Source: an uncultured delta proteobacterium (GTDB lineage Bacteria > Desulfobacterota > Desulfobacteria > Desulfobacterales > JAHEIW01). From it: a DNA stretch of 64,000 nucleotides. The notes under the pieces were generated by a model. The model was not told where the DNA came from. It made no database searches and was given only the letters and a program-made list of their open reading frames with translations. Below are positions 31,247 to 41,373 of this stretch, one piece after another; within the stretch, counting starts at the first letter, position 1, and each line of letters starts with the position of its first letter. A program made the translations under genes and the position numbers. Location: the NCBI GenBank assembly GCA_963706575.1, contig CAVPNL010000006.1, positions 512,001 to 576,000 on the forward strand. The letters are read 5' to 3'.

Positions 31247-31591
31247 CTATCCGAGTAAATCCCTGATGGCCTTGAGTTCCGAATGCAGTTCCTGCAACAT
31301 TTGTTTGGCAGGCGTCTTTTTTTTGCCGATTCTGGCAGACAAATGCTGACGGGCGCCCTGGATGGTAAACTTTTTTTCATAGAGCAGATGCTTGATTTTT
31401 AGCACCAGCTCGATATCACTGCGGGTATACAGGCGTTGTCCCGACGAGGTTCGTTTCGGGCGAATCCGTGGGAATTCGGTTTCCCAGAATCTCAGGACAT
31501 ATGTCGGCAGCCCTGCAATTTTGCTGACTTCACCAATCCGAAAATAAAGTTTGTCCGGAATCTCTTTTTGGGGTGTTTTTGAATTTTGCAT
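31247..31591 (-). CDS. MerR family transcriptional regulator
   Basis: IPDKLYFRIGEVS, VLRFWETEFP, GQRLY, FTIQGAR. Confidence 0.92.
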   Translation of the reverse strand: MQNSKTPQKEIPDKLYFRIGEVSKIAGLPTYVLRFWETEFPRIRPKRTSSGQRLYTRSDIELVLKIKHLLYEKKFTIQGARQHLSARIGKKKTPAKQMLQELHSELKAIRDLLG

Positions 31592-31619
31592 TTTTAGCGC
31601 CTGGGTATGGTCGTGGCGA

Positions 31620-34046
31620 TCAGGCGGGTAAGCTGGCTTTAAAAGCCTTGACAAGCCTGTCCGCTATTGATTGATGGATGGGGGTTACATCCTCATCCTG
31701 CAATGTTTTGTACGGTGACCGGTACGTGACCCGTAAGGAAACACTTTTTTTACCCTCTGCGATCGGTTTGCCTTCAAATACGTCCAATAAATTGAAACTT
31801 TCAACCAGCGCTTCCGATTGGTTGTAGCCTTCGGCAACAATTTTTTGAGTTTCTATATCGTTGTTTACGATGATGGTGATGTCTCTAAAAATAGCCGGAA
31901 ACTTCGGAATCGGCTTAGACTGTATTGTATCTTTGATCAGCGGAAGCAGATGGTCGAAATTGAGTTCAAACAAAAACGCGGGTTGCTTTAAGTCGTAGGC
32001 CGTAAGGACTTCAGGATGAATTTCTCCAACCAGCCCCAAGAGGATATCGTTGCCCAGAATTTGAGCGCTATACCCGCTTCTGGTATAGGCGCACTCTTTT
32101 TCAGACAGGCGCGTAAATTGAATCCCGTCGATTTGTAAGGCATTTAACAGGCCTTCGACCACGCCTTTGATGTCATAAAAATCACAATCGGCTGCCTGGC
32201 CATGCCAGGAAGCCTCATAGCGAGACCCGGTCCAGAGCCCGGCAAGGATTTCAGGTTCGCTGGGCAGATGTCCAGGGTTTTCATTGATAAAGATTTTGCC
32301 GATTTCAAAAATCTTTAAATTTTTTATCTGCTGGGAAAAATTATAATGCATCGTTTCCAGAAAGCCCGGAACCAGAGATGTGCGCATAGCGGCCTGATCT
32401 TCTGTCAGCGGATTTAAAATATCAACCCGCTGCCTTCGCGGATCATCTGCCTTTAATCTTAGCCGGTCAGCGGATTGTTGGTGCATAAAACTATAGTTGT
32501 TGGTTTCGCGGAATCCAAATCCGGTCATCAGTCGGCGTATCCGGTTGCGAACATCGATTTCTTTGTGAAATGCTCGTCCGGTAGCGGGCATTGCCGGAAA
32601 CGTCGTCGGGATATAGTTATACCCGGATAGCCGGGCGACTTCTTCCATGAGGTCTTCCGGTCTGGAGATATCCACACGGAAACTGGGAGGGGTGACCGTT
32701 AAAAAATCCGCGTCCTTTTTTGAGCTCTTTTTTTCAACGCTAAATTCGATGGATTTGAGAAGATCTGCAATCTGCTTGTGTTGCAGCTGCGTTCCGAGCA
32801 AGCGGTTGGTATTTTTGATACTCAGTTTCAGGCTTTTGACCGACTGGGGGTTGGGGTATTCATCTATCAGCCCGCTGATTAACCGGCCGCCGCCGAGTTC
32901 GAGCATTAGTTTTGCCGCCCGGTTTGCGGCCGCAATTTGGCCTGCGGGATCTACCCCGCGCTCAAAGCGATGAGAAGCGTCGGTGCTCAAGCCCAGCCGT
33001 TTAGAAGTCCGGCGAGTGCTGACCGGGTTAAAATAGGCACTTTCAAGCAGCACCCGGGTGGTACTGTCTTTAATTTCGGAGTTGAACCCCCCCATGACCC
33101 CGCCGACCGCCACCGCTTTTTGGCCATCGCAGATCATCAGCATTTCAGGATCCAGGACACGTTCTTTTTGATCCAGGGTCACAAAGTGCTCGCCTTTGTT
33201 GGCTGTGCGCACCACGATTCTGTTTTCCGCCAAAAAGTCAAAATCGAAGGCATGCAGGGGTTGGCCGCTTTCCACTAACACAAAATTGGTTACATCCACG
33301 ATATTGTTAATCGGCCGCTGTCCGATAGATAAGAGCCGTTCCTGCAGCCAGAATGGAGAAGGCTTAATGGTAATGTCTTCAAGCAACCGCGCCACGTAGC
33401 GCGGGCAGTGGTCCGGGGCCTCGATTATAATTGATGTCCGTTCGGAAATCGTATTGCCTTCGTCGGCCAGGTTGAAATCTGGATACGTTAGACTGACCTT
33501 CTGGATAGCGGCAATTTCGCGGGCAACCCCGATAACGCTGAGACAATCGGGCCGGTTGGGGGTTATTTCAATTTCAAAAACGGTATCCGAAAGCGCCAAT
33601 GCGGATGCCAGTTTGTCGCCGACGGACAGGGACGGATCCAGAACCATGATCCCGCTGCGATCCTCGCCCAGACCCAGTTCGCCTTCACTGCAAAGCATCC
33701 CTTCGGAAGCCTGCCCGCGAATGACACTTTTTTCCAGAACAAAGCCTTCCGGAAATTCGGTACCGGGCAAGGCGATGGGTGAAAGCATTCCGGTTTTTGT
33801 ATTGGGTGCGCCACAGACGACGGAAACCTTTCCCTGACCGGTATCGACTTGGCACAAATGCAGTTTATCGGCATTGGGGTGGGGGGTGATTTCTTCAATT
33901 CGACCCACAAATACCGTGTCCAAATAGCTGTAGCGATCGGATACCGACTCGATCTCAAGCCCGACCATGGTCAGGGCTTGCGCCAGGTCCGATGGGTCCA
34001 TTTCAATCGGCACATAATCTTTGAGCCAGCTTAAACTTACTTTCAT
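31620..34046 (-). CDS. pheT: Phenylalanine-tRNA ligase beta subunit
   Basis: MKVSLSWLKDY, HPNADKL, ITPNRPDCLS, RFERGVD. Confidence 0.98.
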   Translation of the reverse strand: MKVSLSWLKDYVPIEMDPSDLAQALTMVGLEIESVSDRYSYLDTVFVGRIEEITPHPNADKLHLCQVDTGQGKVSVVCGAPNTKTGMLSPIALPGTEFPEGFVLEKSVIRGQASEGMLCSEGELGLGEDRSGIMVLDPSLSVGDKLASALALSDTVFEIEITPNRPDCLSVIGVAREIAAIQKVSLTYPDFNLADEGNTISERTSIIIEAPDHCPRYVARLLEDITIKPSPFWLQERLLSIGQRPINNIVDVTNFVLVESGQPLHAFDFDFLAENRIVVRTANKGEHFVTLDQKERVLDPEMLMICDGQKAVAVGGVMGGFNSEIKDSTTRVLLESAYFNPVSTRRTSKRLGLSTDASHRFERGVDPAGQIAAANRAAKLMLELGGGRLISGLIDEYPNPQSVKSLKLSIKNTNRLLGTQLQHKQIADLLKSIEFSVEKKSSKKDADFLTVTPPSFRVDISRPEDLMEEVARLSGYNYIPTTFPAMPATGRAFHKEIDVRNRIRRLMTGFGFRETNNYSFMHQQSADRLRLKADDPRRQRVDILNPLTEDQAAMRTSLVPGFLETMHYNFSQQIKNLKIFEIGKIFINENPGHLPSEPEILAGLWTGSRYEASWHGQAADCDFYDIKGVVEGLLNALQIDGIQFTRLSEKECAYTRSGYSAQILGNDILLGLVGEIHPEVLTAYDLKQPAFLFELNFDHLLPLIKDTIQSKPIPKFPAIFRDITIIVNNDIETQKIVAEGYNQSEALVESFNLLDVFEGKPIAEGKKSVSLRVTYRSPYKTLQDEDVTPIHQSIADRLVKAFKASLPA

Positions 34047-34120
34047 TCCATAACCTATCTCAATTCGCCTCCGGGGAATTAACACCCGATGGTGAACCTT
34101 TAAACGGTGTTTACAACAAA

Positions 34121-34244
34121 TGAGCTAAAATTTAAAATGATCTAAAATGCCTAAAATTATGGTCTCGCTGCGCTCCAGCGCTTATTATTAATATGACAGA
34201 ATTCCTCAATTTTAGTCATTTTAGGCATTTCTTACTTTAGAGCA
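34121..34244. repeat. Inverted array of CTAAAATG-type 9-10-mers
   Basis: ctaaaattttaaaatgatctaaaatgcctaaaatt ... aattttagtcattttaggcatt. Confidence 0.8.
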
Positions 34245-34315
34245 CCGTTGAAACGTTTTTCCTCTGTCTTCGAAGATATACTGCTAATTTTGAGATGGCT
34301 TGATATAACTTTTTA

Positions 34316-35323
34316 CTAGAACTGACTCAGGAACCTTATATCGTTTTCAAAGAATTTGCGGATGTCGTCGATTCCGTATTTGAGCATGGCGATACGATCA
34401 ACGCCCATTCCAAAGGCAAAACCGGTATAGCGGTCGGCATCGTATCCAACGTTTTCATACAGTGCTGGATGAACCATTCCTGAACCCAGAATCTCCAGCC
34501 AACCGGTTTGCGAACATACTCGGCATCCTTTTCCCCGGCACATGACGCACAGGATATCGACTTCGGCACTGGGTTCGGTAAAGGGGAAAAAACCGGGCCG
34601 AAATCGAAGGCTGGTATGTTCATCAAACATCTGATGGACAAAGGCGGTGAGCGTTCCTTTTAAGTCCCCGAAAGAGATATTTTCATCCACCAGCAAACCT
34701 TCAACCTGGTGAAACATGGGCGTGTGTGTCAGGTCCGAGTCGCAGCGATAAACTTTACCCGGCATGATGATGCGCACCGGTGGTTGCTGTTTTTCCATCG
34801 TTCGAATCTGAAGGGGAGATGTGTGCGTTCTGAGCACGATATCATCTGAGATGAAAAAGGTATCCTGCATGTCCCGGGCCGGATGATCCTTTGGGAAATT
34901 AAGGGCCTCGAAATTGTAATAGTCCAGTTCGACTTCCGGCCCTTCGGCAATTTCAAATCCCATTTCAGTAAAAATATCGCAAATTCGCTGGTTAATCTGG
35001 GTAATGGGATGCAGCGACCCGCCGGGTGCCGGCCGTCCGGGCAAAGAAACATCGATTCCCTTCTTATCTGTTTTTGCGGCTGTTTCGAGTTCTTGGATGG
35101 CTTCTTTACAGGCGACATCAAGCAGGTTTTTTACTTCATTTGCTTGTCTGCCGGCTGCCGGTCGCTGTTCGGCAGGAAGTTTGGAAATGTTCCTTAAGAA
35201 TTGAGTGAAAATACCCTTGCGCCCCAGATAACGGACGCTGATATCCTTGACCGCCTGAGAGTCTGCTGCTGCTTTGAGCTCCTCTAAAGCTTCCTGATAA
35301 ATTTGATCAATGGATTTATCCAA
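34316..35323 (-). CDS. pheS: Phenylalanine-tRNA ligase alpha subunit
   Basis: HPARDMQDTF, LRTHTSP, FHQVEG, FPFTEPSAE, GFAFGMG. Confidence 0.98.
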   Translation of the reverse strand: MDKSIDQIYQEALEELKAAADSQAVKDISVRYLGRKGIFTQFLRNISKLPAEQRPAAGRQANEVKNLLDVACKEAIQELETAAKTDKKGIDVSLPGRPAPGGSLHPITQINQRICDIFTEMGFEIAEGPEVELDYYNFEALNFPKDHPARDMQDTFFISDDIVLRTHTSPLQIRTMEKQQPPVRIIMPGKVYRCDSDLTHTPMFHQVEGLLVDENISFGDLKGTLTAFVHQMFDEHTSLRFRPGFFPFTEPSAEVDILCVMCRGKGCRVCSQTGWLEILGSGMVHPALYENVGYDADRYTGFAFGMGVDRIAMLKYGIDDIRKFFENDIRFLSQF

Positions 35324-35351
35324 TTTTTAAATTTGAAACGATCGATTAGGG

Positions 35352-35702
35352 TTACAGTTTCTGGGCGGCCAACTCCGCAATCTTCGCAAAGCCGGATGGA
35401 TCCGAAACGGCCAGCTCCGCCAGGACTTTTCGATCCAGGTCGACTTTCGCCAGTTTAAGACCGTGGATGAACCTGCTGTACGACAATTTGTGGATACGGG
35501 CAGCGGCATTTATCCGTGCGATCCACAGCCTGCGAAAATCGCGCTTGCGTTGACGCCGATCCCGATAGGCGTACATGAGGGATTTATCGACTGCATCCGC
35601 CGCCGTTCGCAATAATTTGCTGCGACCGCCGCGAAAGCCTTTGGCCAATTTTAAAATCTTTTTTCGTCTTCTTCTGGCTTTGAAGCCGCGTTTTATTCTC
35701 AT
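35352..35702 (-). CDS. rplT: 50S ribosomal protein L20
   Basis: [24 protein letters not shown]. Confidence 0.98.
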   Translation of the reverse strand: MRIKRGFKARRRRKKILKLAKGFRGGRSKLLRTAADAVDKSLMYAYRDRRQRKRDFRRLWIARINAAARIHKLSYSRFIHGLKLAKVDLDRKVLAELAVSDPSGFAKIAELAAQKL

Positions 35703-35717
35703 CTTTATTTCTCCATT

Positions 35718-35870
35718 GTGCCTTATAGCATAAATGCTATGCTGATATATTTTTTGGTTGTAATTTAGGTCTATATGGCAAAGGGCTAAGCGCAAAGCGC
35801 ATAGCGTAAAAAATTGAAATCTTTCTTTTTTAGTTAGTTAGTTCGCTTTGCTCTATGCGCTATGCTTTAT
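35718..35870. repeat. Inverted array of GCATAGC-type 7-mers
   Basis: gcaaagggctaagcgcaaagcgcatagcg ... cgctttgctctatgcgctatgc. Confidence 0.8.
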
Positions 35871-35941
35871 TCGTCGTGGGAATCCGCTGGAGACGGGCTC
35901 ATTAGAACAAAGCGAAAAAACATCATTTAGAAATGGCAACT

Positions 35942-36139
35942 CTATCCGTTGGGCAACATTAATCTTATTGCCTTCGCATTGGTTTTGTCAACGAGCCGGC
36001 TTTTACGCAGGGAACGTTTTCGTTTGGTTGTTTTTTTGGTTAAAATATGACCGGCACAGGATTTCTTATAGACAATCTTTCCCGTGCCTGTTTTGCGAAA
36101 TCGTTTGGCTGCAGCTCGATTTGTTTTTATTTTTGGCAT
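35942..36139 (-). CDS. rpmI: 50S ribosomal protein L35
   Basis: [25 protein letters not shown]. Confidence 0.97.
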   Translation of the reverse strand: MPKIKTNRAAAKRFRKTGTGKIVYKKSCAGHILTKKTTKRKRSLRKSRLVDKTNAKAIRLMLPNG

Positions 36140-36277
36140 TATATTTCTCCTTTTTGTAAAAATAGATGGCGTGAGCAATCACGAATTCCGTCTCACGCCA
36201 CCTGAAAACGTATCCAATTAGAGTCTGGGGCAACGCCCTGCACGGGCTTCTTAATATAAATTAATTTTCAGATCAAG

Positions 36278-36817
36278 TTATTTCGGTGAAAGAACCATTA
36301 CCAGGATTCGGCCTTCAAATTTGGGATTTTGTTCCACCATCGCAACTTCTTCTGTTTCTTCAATAATCCTTTGGAGCACCTCTTTTCCAAGTTCCGAGAG
36401 GGTAATTTCGCGACCTCTGAAAATAACGCTCACTTTGACCTTGTCTTTATTGTCGATAAATTTTTTAATATGAGCGATTTTAACCTGCAGGTCATGCTCA
36501 CCGGTTTTGGGGCGAACTTTTATCTCTTTGAGCTGAAAGGTGCTTTGTTTTTTCTTGGCCTCCTGCTTTTTTTTCGTTTGCTCGTACCGATAGCGGCCAT
36601 AATCCATAATTTTACAGACCGGTGGTTTTGCATTCGGTGAGACTTCCACCAGATCAAGGCCGGCCTCATTGGCAGCTTCAAGAGCTTCTTTGATCGGTAT
36701 AATTCCGATTTGTTCTCCGTCGGGGTCGATTACCCTGACTTCTCTTGCTCGAATTCTTTTATTAATGTTAACTTGGTCAGATCGATTCGGTCTTTGGGGT
36801 CGTCTTGGAACAGCTAT
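36278..36817 (-). CDS. infC: Translation initiation factor IF-3, non-canonical ATA start
   Basis: AGGAGGTGAAAAC-ATA GCT GTT...; the frame stays open through INKRIRAREVRVID, LDLVEVSPNAKPPVCKIMDYG. Confidence 0.93.
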   Translation of the reverse strand: MAVPRRPQRPNRSDQVNINKRIRAREVRVIDPDGEQIGIIPIKEALEAANEAGLDLVEVSPNAKPPVCKIMDYGRYRYEQTKKKQEAKKKQSTFQLKEIKVRPKTGEHDLQVKIAHIKKFIDNKDKVKVSVIFRGREITLSELGKEVLQRIIEETEEVAMVEQNPKFEGRILVMVLSPK

Positions 36818-36850
36818 GTTTTCACCTCCTATGCTAGAATTGTCCGTTAC

Positions 36851-36933
36851 GGATGACTCGGGTGTTGCCTCAGTGCGAAAGCCGCCAAGGCGGTGTTCAA
36901 ATTCAAGCTGAAAATCTCAGCACCGTTTCATCC
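36851..36933 (-). promoter_or_regulatory. Structured infC-rpmI-rplT leader, candidate L20-responsive element
   Basis: GGATGA...TCATCC closing stem enclosing CGGTG/CACCG and GCTGAGA-T-TTTCAGC hairpins, directly upstream of the infC SD. Confidence 0.45.
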
Positions 36934-37136
36934 TGTGGCGCTCAATTTAGGCTTTTTAAGCCTCCAATTTATCCACAATATCGTTATTTACTTATTACCA
37001 GAGCTCAATAGGAGCTATTTATCAGTGTGGAATATATAACAAAATTAAGAAATGCAAGAAAAAAATGCAAGTAAAAACATGTTTCGATCAGGTTGAAACC
37101 TCCGGCTAAAGTGGCGATGGACCTGGAGAAAAGCAT

Positions 37137-37637
37137 TTATTGGTTGAGGGTATACGTGGCCAAAATGCTGTTTTTCAAATACGTGTTTTGCGGTTTTGAA
37201 AAAAAGGTTTTCAACAATTTCAAACTTTCGTTACGCAATATGCCGGGTATGATCATCATTTGATTTGATTTATACAAAGGTGTCATGTTCGCTGTATCGC
37301 AGTGGGTGCCGCCTCCCATTGCGTCCTCATAAGCAAAAACAAGCGTGCCGATACCGCTGATCATCAGGGCACCAAAACACATTAGGCAAGGCTCCAGCGT
37401 GCTGAACACAGTGACTTCTCGCAGATTAATTTTAGGGTTCAGGCGGAACAACCTTCTTAAGGCAACCATCTCGGCATGATCGACTTCATTGGGGTAATCT
37501 CCGGTGGTGCCTTTGCGGGAGCCACTTGCCAGGGTTGTGTTGTCGTGAGCCATGACGCAGCCCACCGGAAACTCACCGGCAACCAGAGCGGCCTGTGCTT
37601 CCTCCAGCGCTTTTTTCATAAAGTGGTCGTAGTCCAT
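37137..37637 (-). CDS. Zinc-dependent nucleoside deaminase (TadA/cytidine deaminase superfamily)
   Basis: EFPVG, HAE, TLEPCLMC. Confidence 0.9.
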   Translation of the reverse strand: MDYDHFMKKALEEAQAALVAGEFPVGCVMAHDNTTLASGSRKGTTGDYPNEVDHAEMVALRRLFRLNPKINLREVTVFSTLEPCLMCFGALMISGIGTLVFAYEDAMGGGTHCDTANMTPLYKSNQMMIIPGILRNESLKLLKTFFSKPQNTYLKNSILATYTLNQ

Positions 37638-37650
37638 TTATTTCCTTTAG

Positions 37651-37721
37651 AGGTTTCAGGTGTCGGGTGTCAGGTGTCAGAATCGGCAGCGCTGACACCT
37701 GACACCTGAACACTGACACCT
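37651..37721. repeat. Inverted array of CAGGTGT 7-mers
   Basis: tcaggtgtcgggtgtcaggtgtcag ... ctgacacctgacacctgaacactgacacct. Confidence 0.88.
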
Positions 37722-37777
37722 AATTACATAATACATGACACCGATTGATTGTAACCGTTGCAACGTGGTTCGAAAGT

Positions 37778-38329
37778 TTACAACCGACAGATATCATCGT
37801 CACATTCACATCGATCATCGACTTCATAACAATAAAGGATTCTTGACTCCATCTCGGCCTGTTGATCTGAAATCGGCGCAAAAGTTTTGCCGGCCGCCAT
37901 CTTTGTTAAATCCGCTTTTGACGGGATCGATTCCAGACCGTTGGCGGTGACTTCACCCGATGTGCCGTTGATTATCTCGGCATCTTGTCCGTTGGTGATG
38001 ACGGCCACCGGCACCTGATATGGTGCAATCAGCCGCGATGCTGCCAGCACCGCGCGCCTCCGGGTTACCAGGGAGCCGGGCCCATACTTCAGGACCATGC
38101 ACATCTTGCCCTTCAGCGTTATGGTAAAATCAATTTTCAGAACCGCTTTTTTACTGTCGGCTCTGGCGACCAGCGCTCTGCGCGGCTCAACATCCGCTTT
38201 TAAGTACCCTAACTGACCGGTCAGCAGGCGAGCGATTTTTTGTCGATAGCGCTCATCGTGGGTGTCTTTCAGGGTGTCACCGGTGATAAAATCGGTCAGT
38301 TCGCCCAGTATGAGATGATGTCCATTCAT
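37778..38329 (-). CDS. Stand-alone HsdR N-terminal-like domain protein
   Basis: E..RQ, GY, KIDF, V.TNG pattern of HSDR_N-type domains; no helicase or methylase nearby. Confidence 0.65.
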   Translation of the reverse strand: MNGHHLILGELTDFITGDTLKDTHDERYRQKIARLLTGQLGYLKADVEPRRALVARADSKKAVLKIDFTITLKGKMCMVLKYGPGSLVTRRRAVLAASRLIAPYQVPVAVITNGQDAEIINGTSGEVTANGLESIPSKADLTKMAAGKTFAPISDQQAEMESRILYCYEVDDRCECDDDICRL

Positions 38330-38564
38330 TCGCTTCGATTGATCCTGTCCCCATGGCTGCGGTCCCGCTTAGCGGGGCGGGCCGGTTTTGAGACCACTTC
38401 TAATCAGATATACCTTTACAATCGGTTGCATCGCTAATAATATACGCATCTTTTAGATTTTCCAAACGATTTATGTTATTGTCAGTCCGATCAGCCCCGA
38501 TCGCCATCTCGCTAAACCGGTGTCTGAAAATTGTATAAAAGGGAATTTCGGGTATACCCGCATC

Positions 38565-39620
38565 ATGTCAATTCGAGAAGAATATGAACGGCGCGAGAAA
38601 AAATTTTTGTCGCCATTCGGGTGTTTGAGTTCCGAATCGCGGGGTCGTGCCCTTGTCGAAAAACCCTGTTCGGTCCGGACGGCGTTCCAGCTGGATCGAG
38701 ATCGAATTGTGTATTCAAATGGCTTCAGGCGGCTAAAACACAAGACGCAGGTTTTTCTGGCCCCGTTGGGTGATGATTACAGGACACGCCTGACGCATAC
38801 GCTGGAAGTGGCTCAGATGGCAAGGGCCATGGCCCGGGCCCTGTTTTTAAACGAAGATCTGGTTGAAGCGATCGCACTGGCTCATGATCTTGGCCATACG
38901 CCCTTCGGGCATAGCGGTGAAACCGTTCTAAAAGAGATTTATTCAGCGGATTTTTCACACAACGAACAGAGTCTGCGCGTAGTTGAGGTCCTGGAGAATA
39001 ACGGCACCGGGCTTAACCTGAGTGCTGAAGTTCGCGACGGCATATTAAAACACTCGAAAGGCTATGGGAAAATCATTCCGGATGATCCCGCAGAACTGGC
39101 CTATACGTATGAGGGTCGTATCGCACGCATCGCTGACATTATGGCCTATTTAAATCATGACCTCGAGGATGCGATTCGAAGCGGTGTGATTCGACCCGAG
39201 CAAGTGCCTGATCAGTGTACCAGGGTATTGGGGGTTACCCATTCAGAGCGGGCGGAAACCATGATCCGGGCACTGATTGCTTCCAGCCAGGTCAAAAATG
39301 GAGAGCTTAAACTGGAAATTAGCGATGATGTCCATTCGGCCATGACGGCTCTAAGGCAGTTTCTATATGATAATGTTTACCGTTCGCCACAGGTGCATAA
39401 GGATTTTGAGAAGGCCAAAAAAATGCTATCCGAGCTGTACACCTATTTTTTAGAAAATGAAGAACTGCTGCACCAAAAATTAACCGAGCTCCAGATGCTG
39501 GGGCGCAATCATAACAACCAGCCCAAAGATCGAACCGTTTGTGACCTGATTGCCAGTATGACCGACCGCTATGCCATGAGCCTTTATCAGAAGATCTTCT
39601 TTCCATCGCCGGTTGTATAA
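38565..39620 (+). CDS. Deoxyguanosinetriphosphate triphosphohydrolase (dGTPase-like, HD)
   Basis: FQLDRDRI, FRRLKHKTQV, RTRLTHTLEV, AHDLGHTPFGHSGE, IASMTDRYA. Confidence 0.95.
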   Translation: MSIREEYERREKKFLSPFGCLSSESRGRALVEKPCSVRTAFQLDRDRIVYSNGFRRLKHKTQVFLAPLGDDYRTRLTHTLEVAQMARAMARALFLNEDLVEAIALAHDLGHTPFGHSGETVLKEIYSADFSHNEQSLRVVEVLENNGTGLNLSAEVRDGILKHSKGYGKIIPDDPAELAYTYEGRIARIADIMAYLNHDLEDAIRSGVIRPEQVPDQCTRVLGVTHSERAETMIRALIASSQVKNGELKLEISDDVHSAMTALRQFLYDNVYRSPQVHKDFEKAKKMLSELYTYFLENEELLHQKLTELQMLGRNHNNQPKDRTVCDLIASMTDRYAMSLYQKIFFPSPVV

Positions 39621-39634
39621 TTTCTGAATTTTGC

Positions 39635-40404
39635 ATGAAAATTAATGAGAATATGAAAGCCTCCGACCCGTGCAAAACTCAGAAATCAAGATCCGCTATG
39701 ATTCTACCTTTTGAAAAAGATTCAATAGCAGCAGCCGTGGATGCTGCATATATTGATCGGCTGAAGCAGATCTATGCTGTCATGGATCGAGCTTATCATC
39801 GGGCAGCAGGCCACTACGGCTTTGCCTGTGACGGATGTAGGGATAGTTGCTGCCGGTCCCGATTTTACCATCATACGATAATTGAGTATGATTATCTGAT
39901 AGAAGGACTGAAAACCCTTAATTTCGAAAAACTAAAAGAGGTGACATCGCGAGCCATAACCGTGGTTGACGAAACCGCCCGGGCCGATAAGCAGCGGCAC
40001 GGCCGTGCGGCTGCTGTGCCCGCTTAATTTTGATGAATTGTGCATCCTGTATCCCTATCGCCCGATGATCTGCCGGTTGCACGGCATCCCACATGAATTG
40101 CAAAAACCCGGGCAAATGCCGGTTTATGGCCCTGGCTGCGCAAACTTTTGACCGTCGTTGCGGCCCCAAAGGCTATTTTAAATTTGATCGCACGCCGTTT
40201 TATCGCCAAGTGGCAATGCTTGAACAGGAAGTTAAGCAAGCAATGGGTTTTGACGGAAAAATCAGGATGACCGTTGCGGAAATGATCCTCACGAATTGCA
40301 TAGCGCAGAGCGCAAAGCGCATAGGGTCAGTAAGAAAACGCTATGCGCCATGCCCTATGCGCTATGCCAGAGGAAACGACCTTGAAGTCCATAGATTTAG
40401 ATAA
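39635..40404 (+). CDS. Cys-cluster (YkgJ-like Zn/Fe-chelating) protein, two +1 frameshifts (near 39991, 40139)
   Basis: CDGCRDSCC, then LLCPLN..LCILYPYRPMICRLHG, then FDRTPFY in three successive frames; start uncertain. Confidence 0.7.
40298..40369. repeat. Inverted array of GCATAGC-type 7-mers
   Basis: gcatagcgcagagcgcaaagcgcatagg ... cgctatgcgccatgccctatgcgctatgc. Confidence 0.88.
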
Positions 40405-41177
40405 ACTCAAAGAATTACCCGGGCGCCGGATTGAAGCCGGAGACACCTTCTCGTTTCGCTGCTATCCGGGAATCGGCTGTTATAATCGCTGCTGCCGGAA
40501 TCTGAATCTATTTTTATACCCCTACGATGTGCTGCGATTAAAAAACGCGCTGGGCTATTTCTTCAGATGAATTCCTCGATCAATATGTGGATGTGGTTCT
40601 GCGAGCCTCCAATTTTTTCCCTGAAGTCCTTTTGCGGATGTCTGAAGACAAAGAGAAGACCTGCCCGTTTTTGGTGGATGCGGGCTGCGCGGTTTATCCG
40701 GATCGCCCGGATACGTGCCGCACATTTCCGGTTGAGCAGGGGGTTTTGTATGATGCCGCCGGCAAAAAAGATACGGCGGTGCATTTTTTCAGGCCGCCGG
40801 ATTTTTGCCTGGGGCAGCACGAGGACCGGGAGTGGACCGTGGCGACCTGGTCGCGGGATCAGGATGCCGGGCGTTATCACAAAATGACCATTCGCTGGGC
40901 GGGTTTAAAACGGCTTTTTCAGACCGATCCCTGGGGAACCGAGGGCCCCGAAGGCCCCAGGGCCAGGATGGCCTTTATGGCCACTTACAATATCGACCGC
41001 TTCCGGGAATTTGTATTTCACAGCAGTTTTTTAAAACGCTACAAGGTCAAAGCGGCAGTTCTCAAAAAGATAACAGCAGATGATGCGGAATTGCTCAAAT
41101 TCGGCTTTGATTGGGTGAAGCTTTCCCTGTGGAATATCAGGAGCACTTCATTTAAAGAGCGAACCTTCGGTCCTTAA
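40382..41177 (+). CDS. YkgJ family cysteine-cluster protein, one +1 frameshift near 40557
   Basis: FRCYPGIGCYNRCC..LYPYDVLRL, then CPFL...CAVYPDRPDTCRTFP, FCLG. Confidence 0.82.
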
Positions 41178-41310
41178 GGAGCGGCTCTGCGAGCCTTGAG
41201 GAATGTTCCTTTGGAACTCTAAGTTGGGGGCAATATTGTTAAGCTTCTAGCGAAGCGATCCTCGAGTGAAACGCTCCTCAAGACCCGCCTTGCGGGGCGC
41301 TCGCTAACCT
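41175..41310. repeat. Mini-hairpin array element (GAGCG/CGCTC family)
   Basis: aggagcggctctgcgagccttgagg..gttcctttggaac..gcgaagcgatcctcgagtgaaacgctcctc; reverse orientation relative to 55326-55448. Confidence 0.75.
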
Positions 41311-41373
41311 GGCGGAACCCCTGCTGGCAGAACCCTTTTAGATTTAAATTGGTATCAGTGGGTGGCCATCGAT

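Noticed and set aside
30780..31250. Genomic island integrated at tRNA-Gly
   Set aside because: No integrase and no duplicated tRNA 3' end seen; core genes on both sides.
37778..38329. Type I restriction-modification system
   Set aside because: Only a short N-terminal-like domain; no helicase, hsdM or hsdS.
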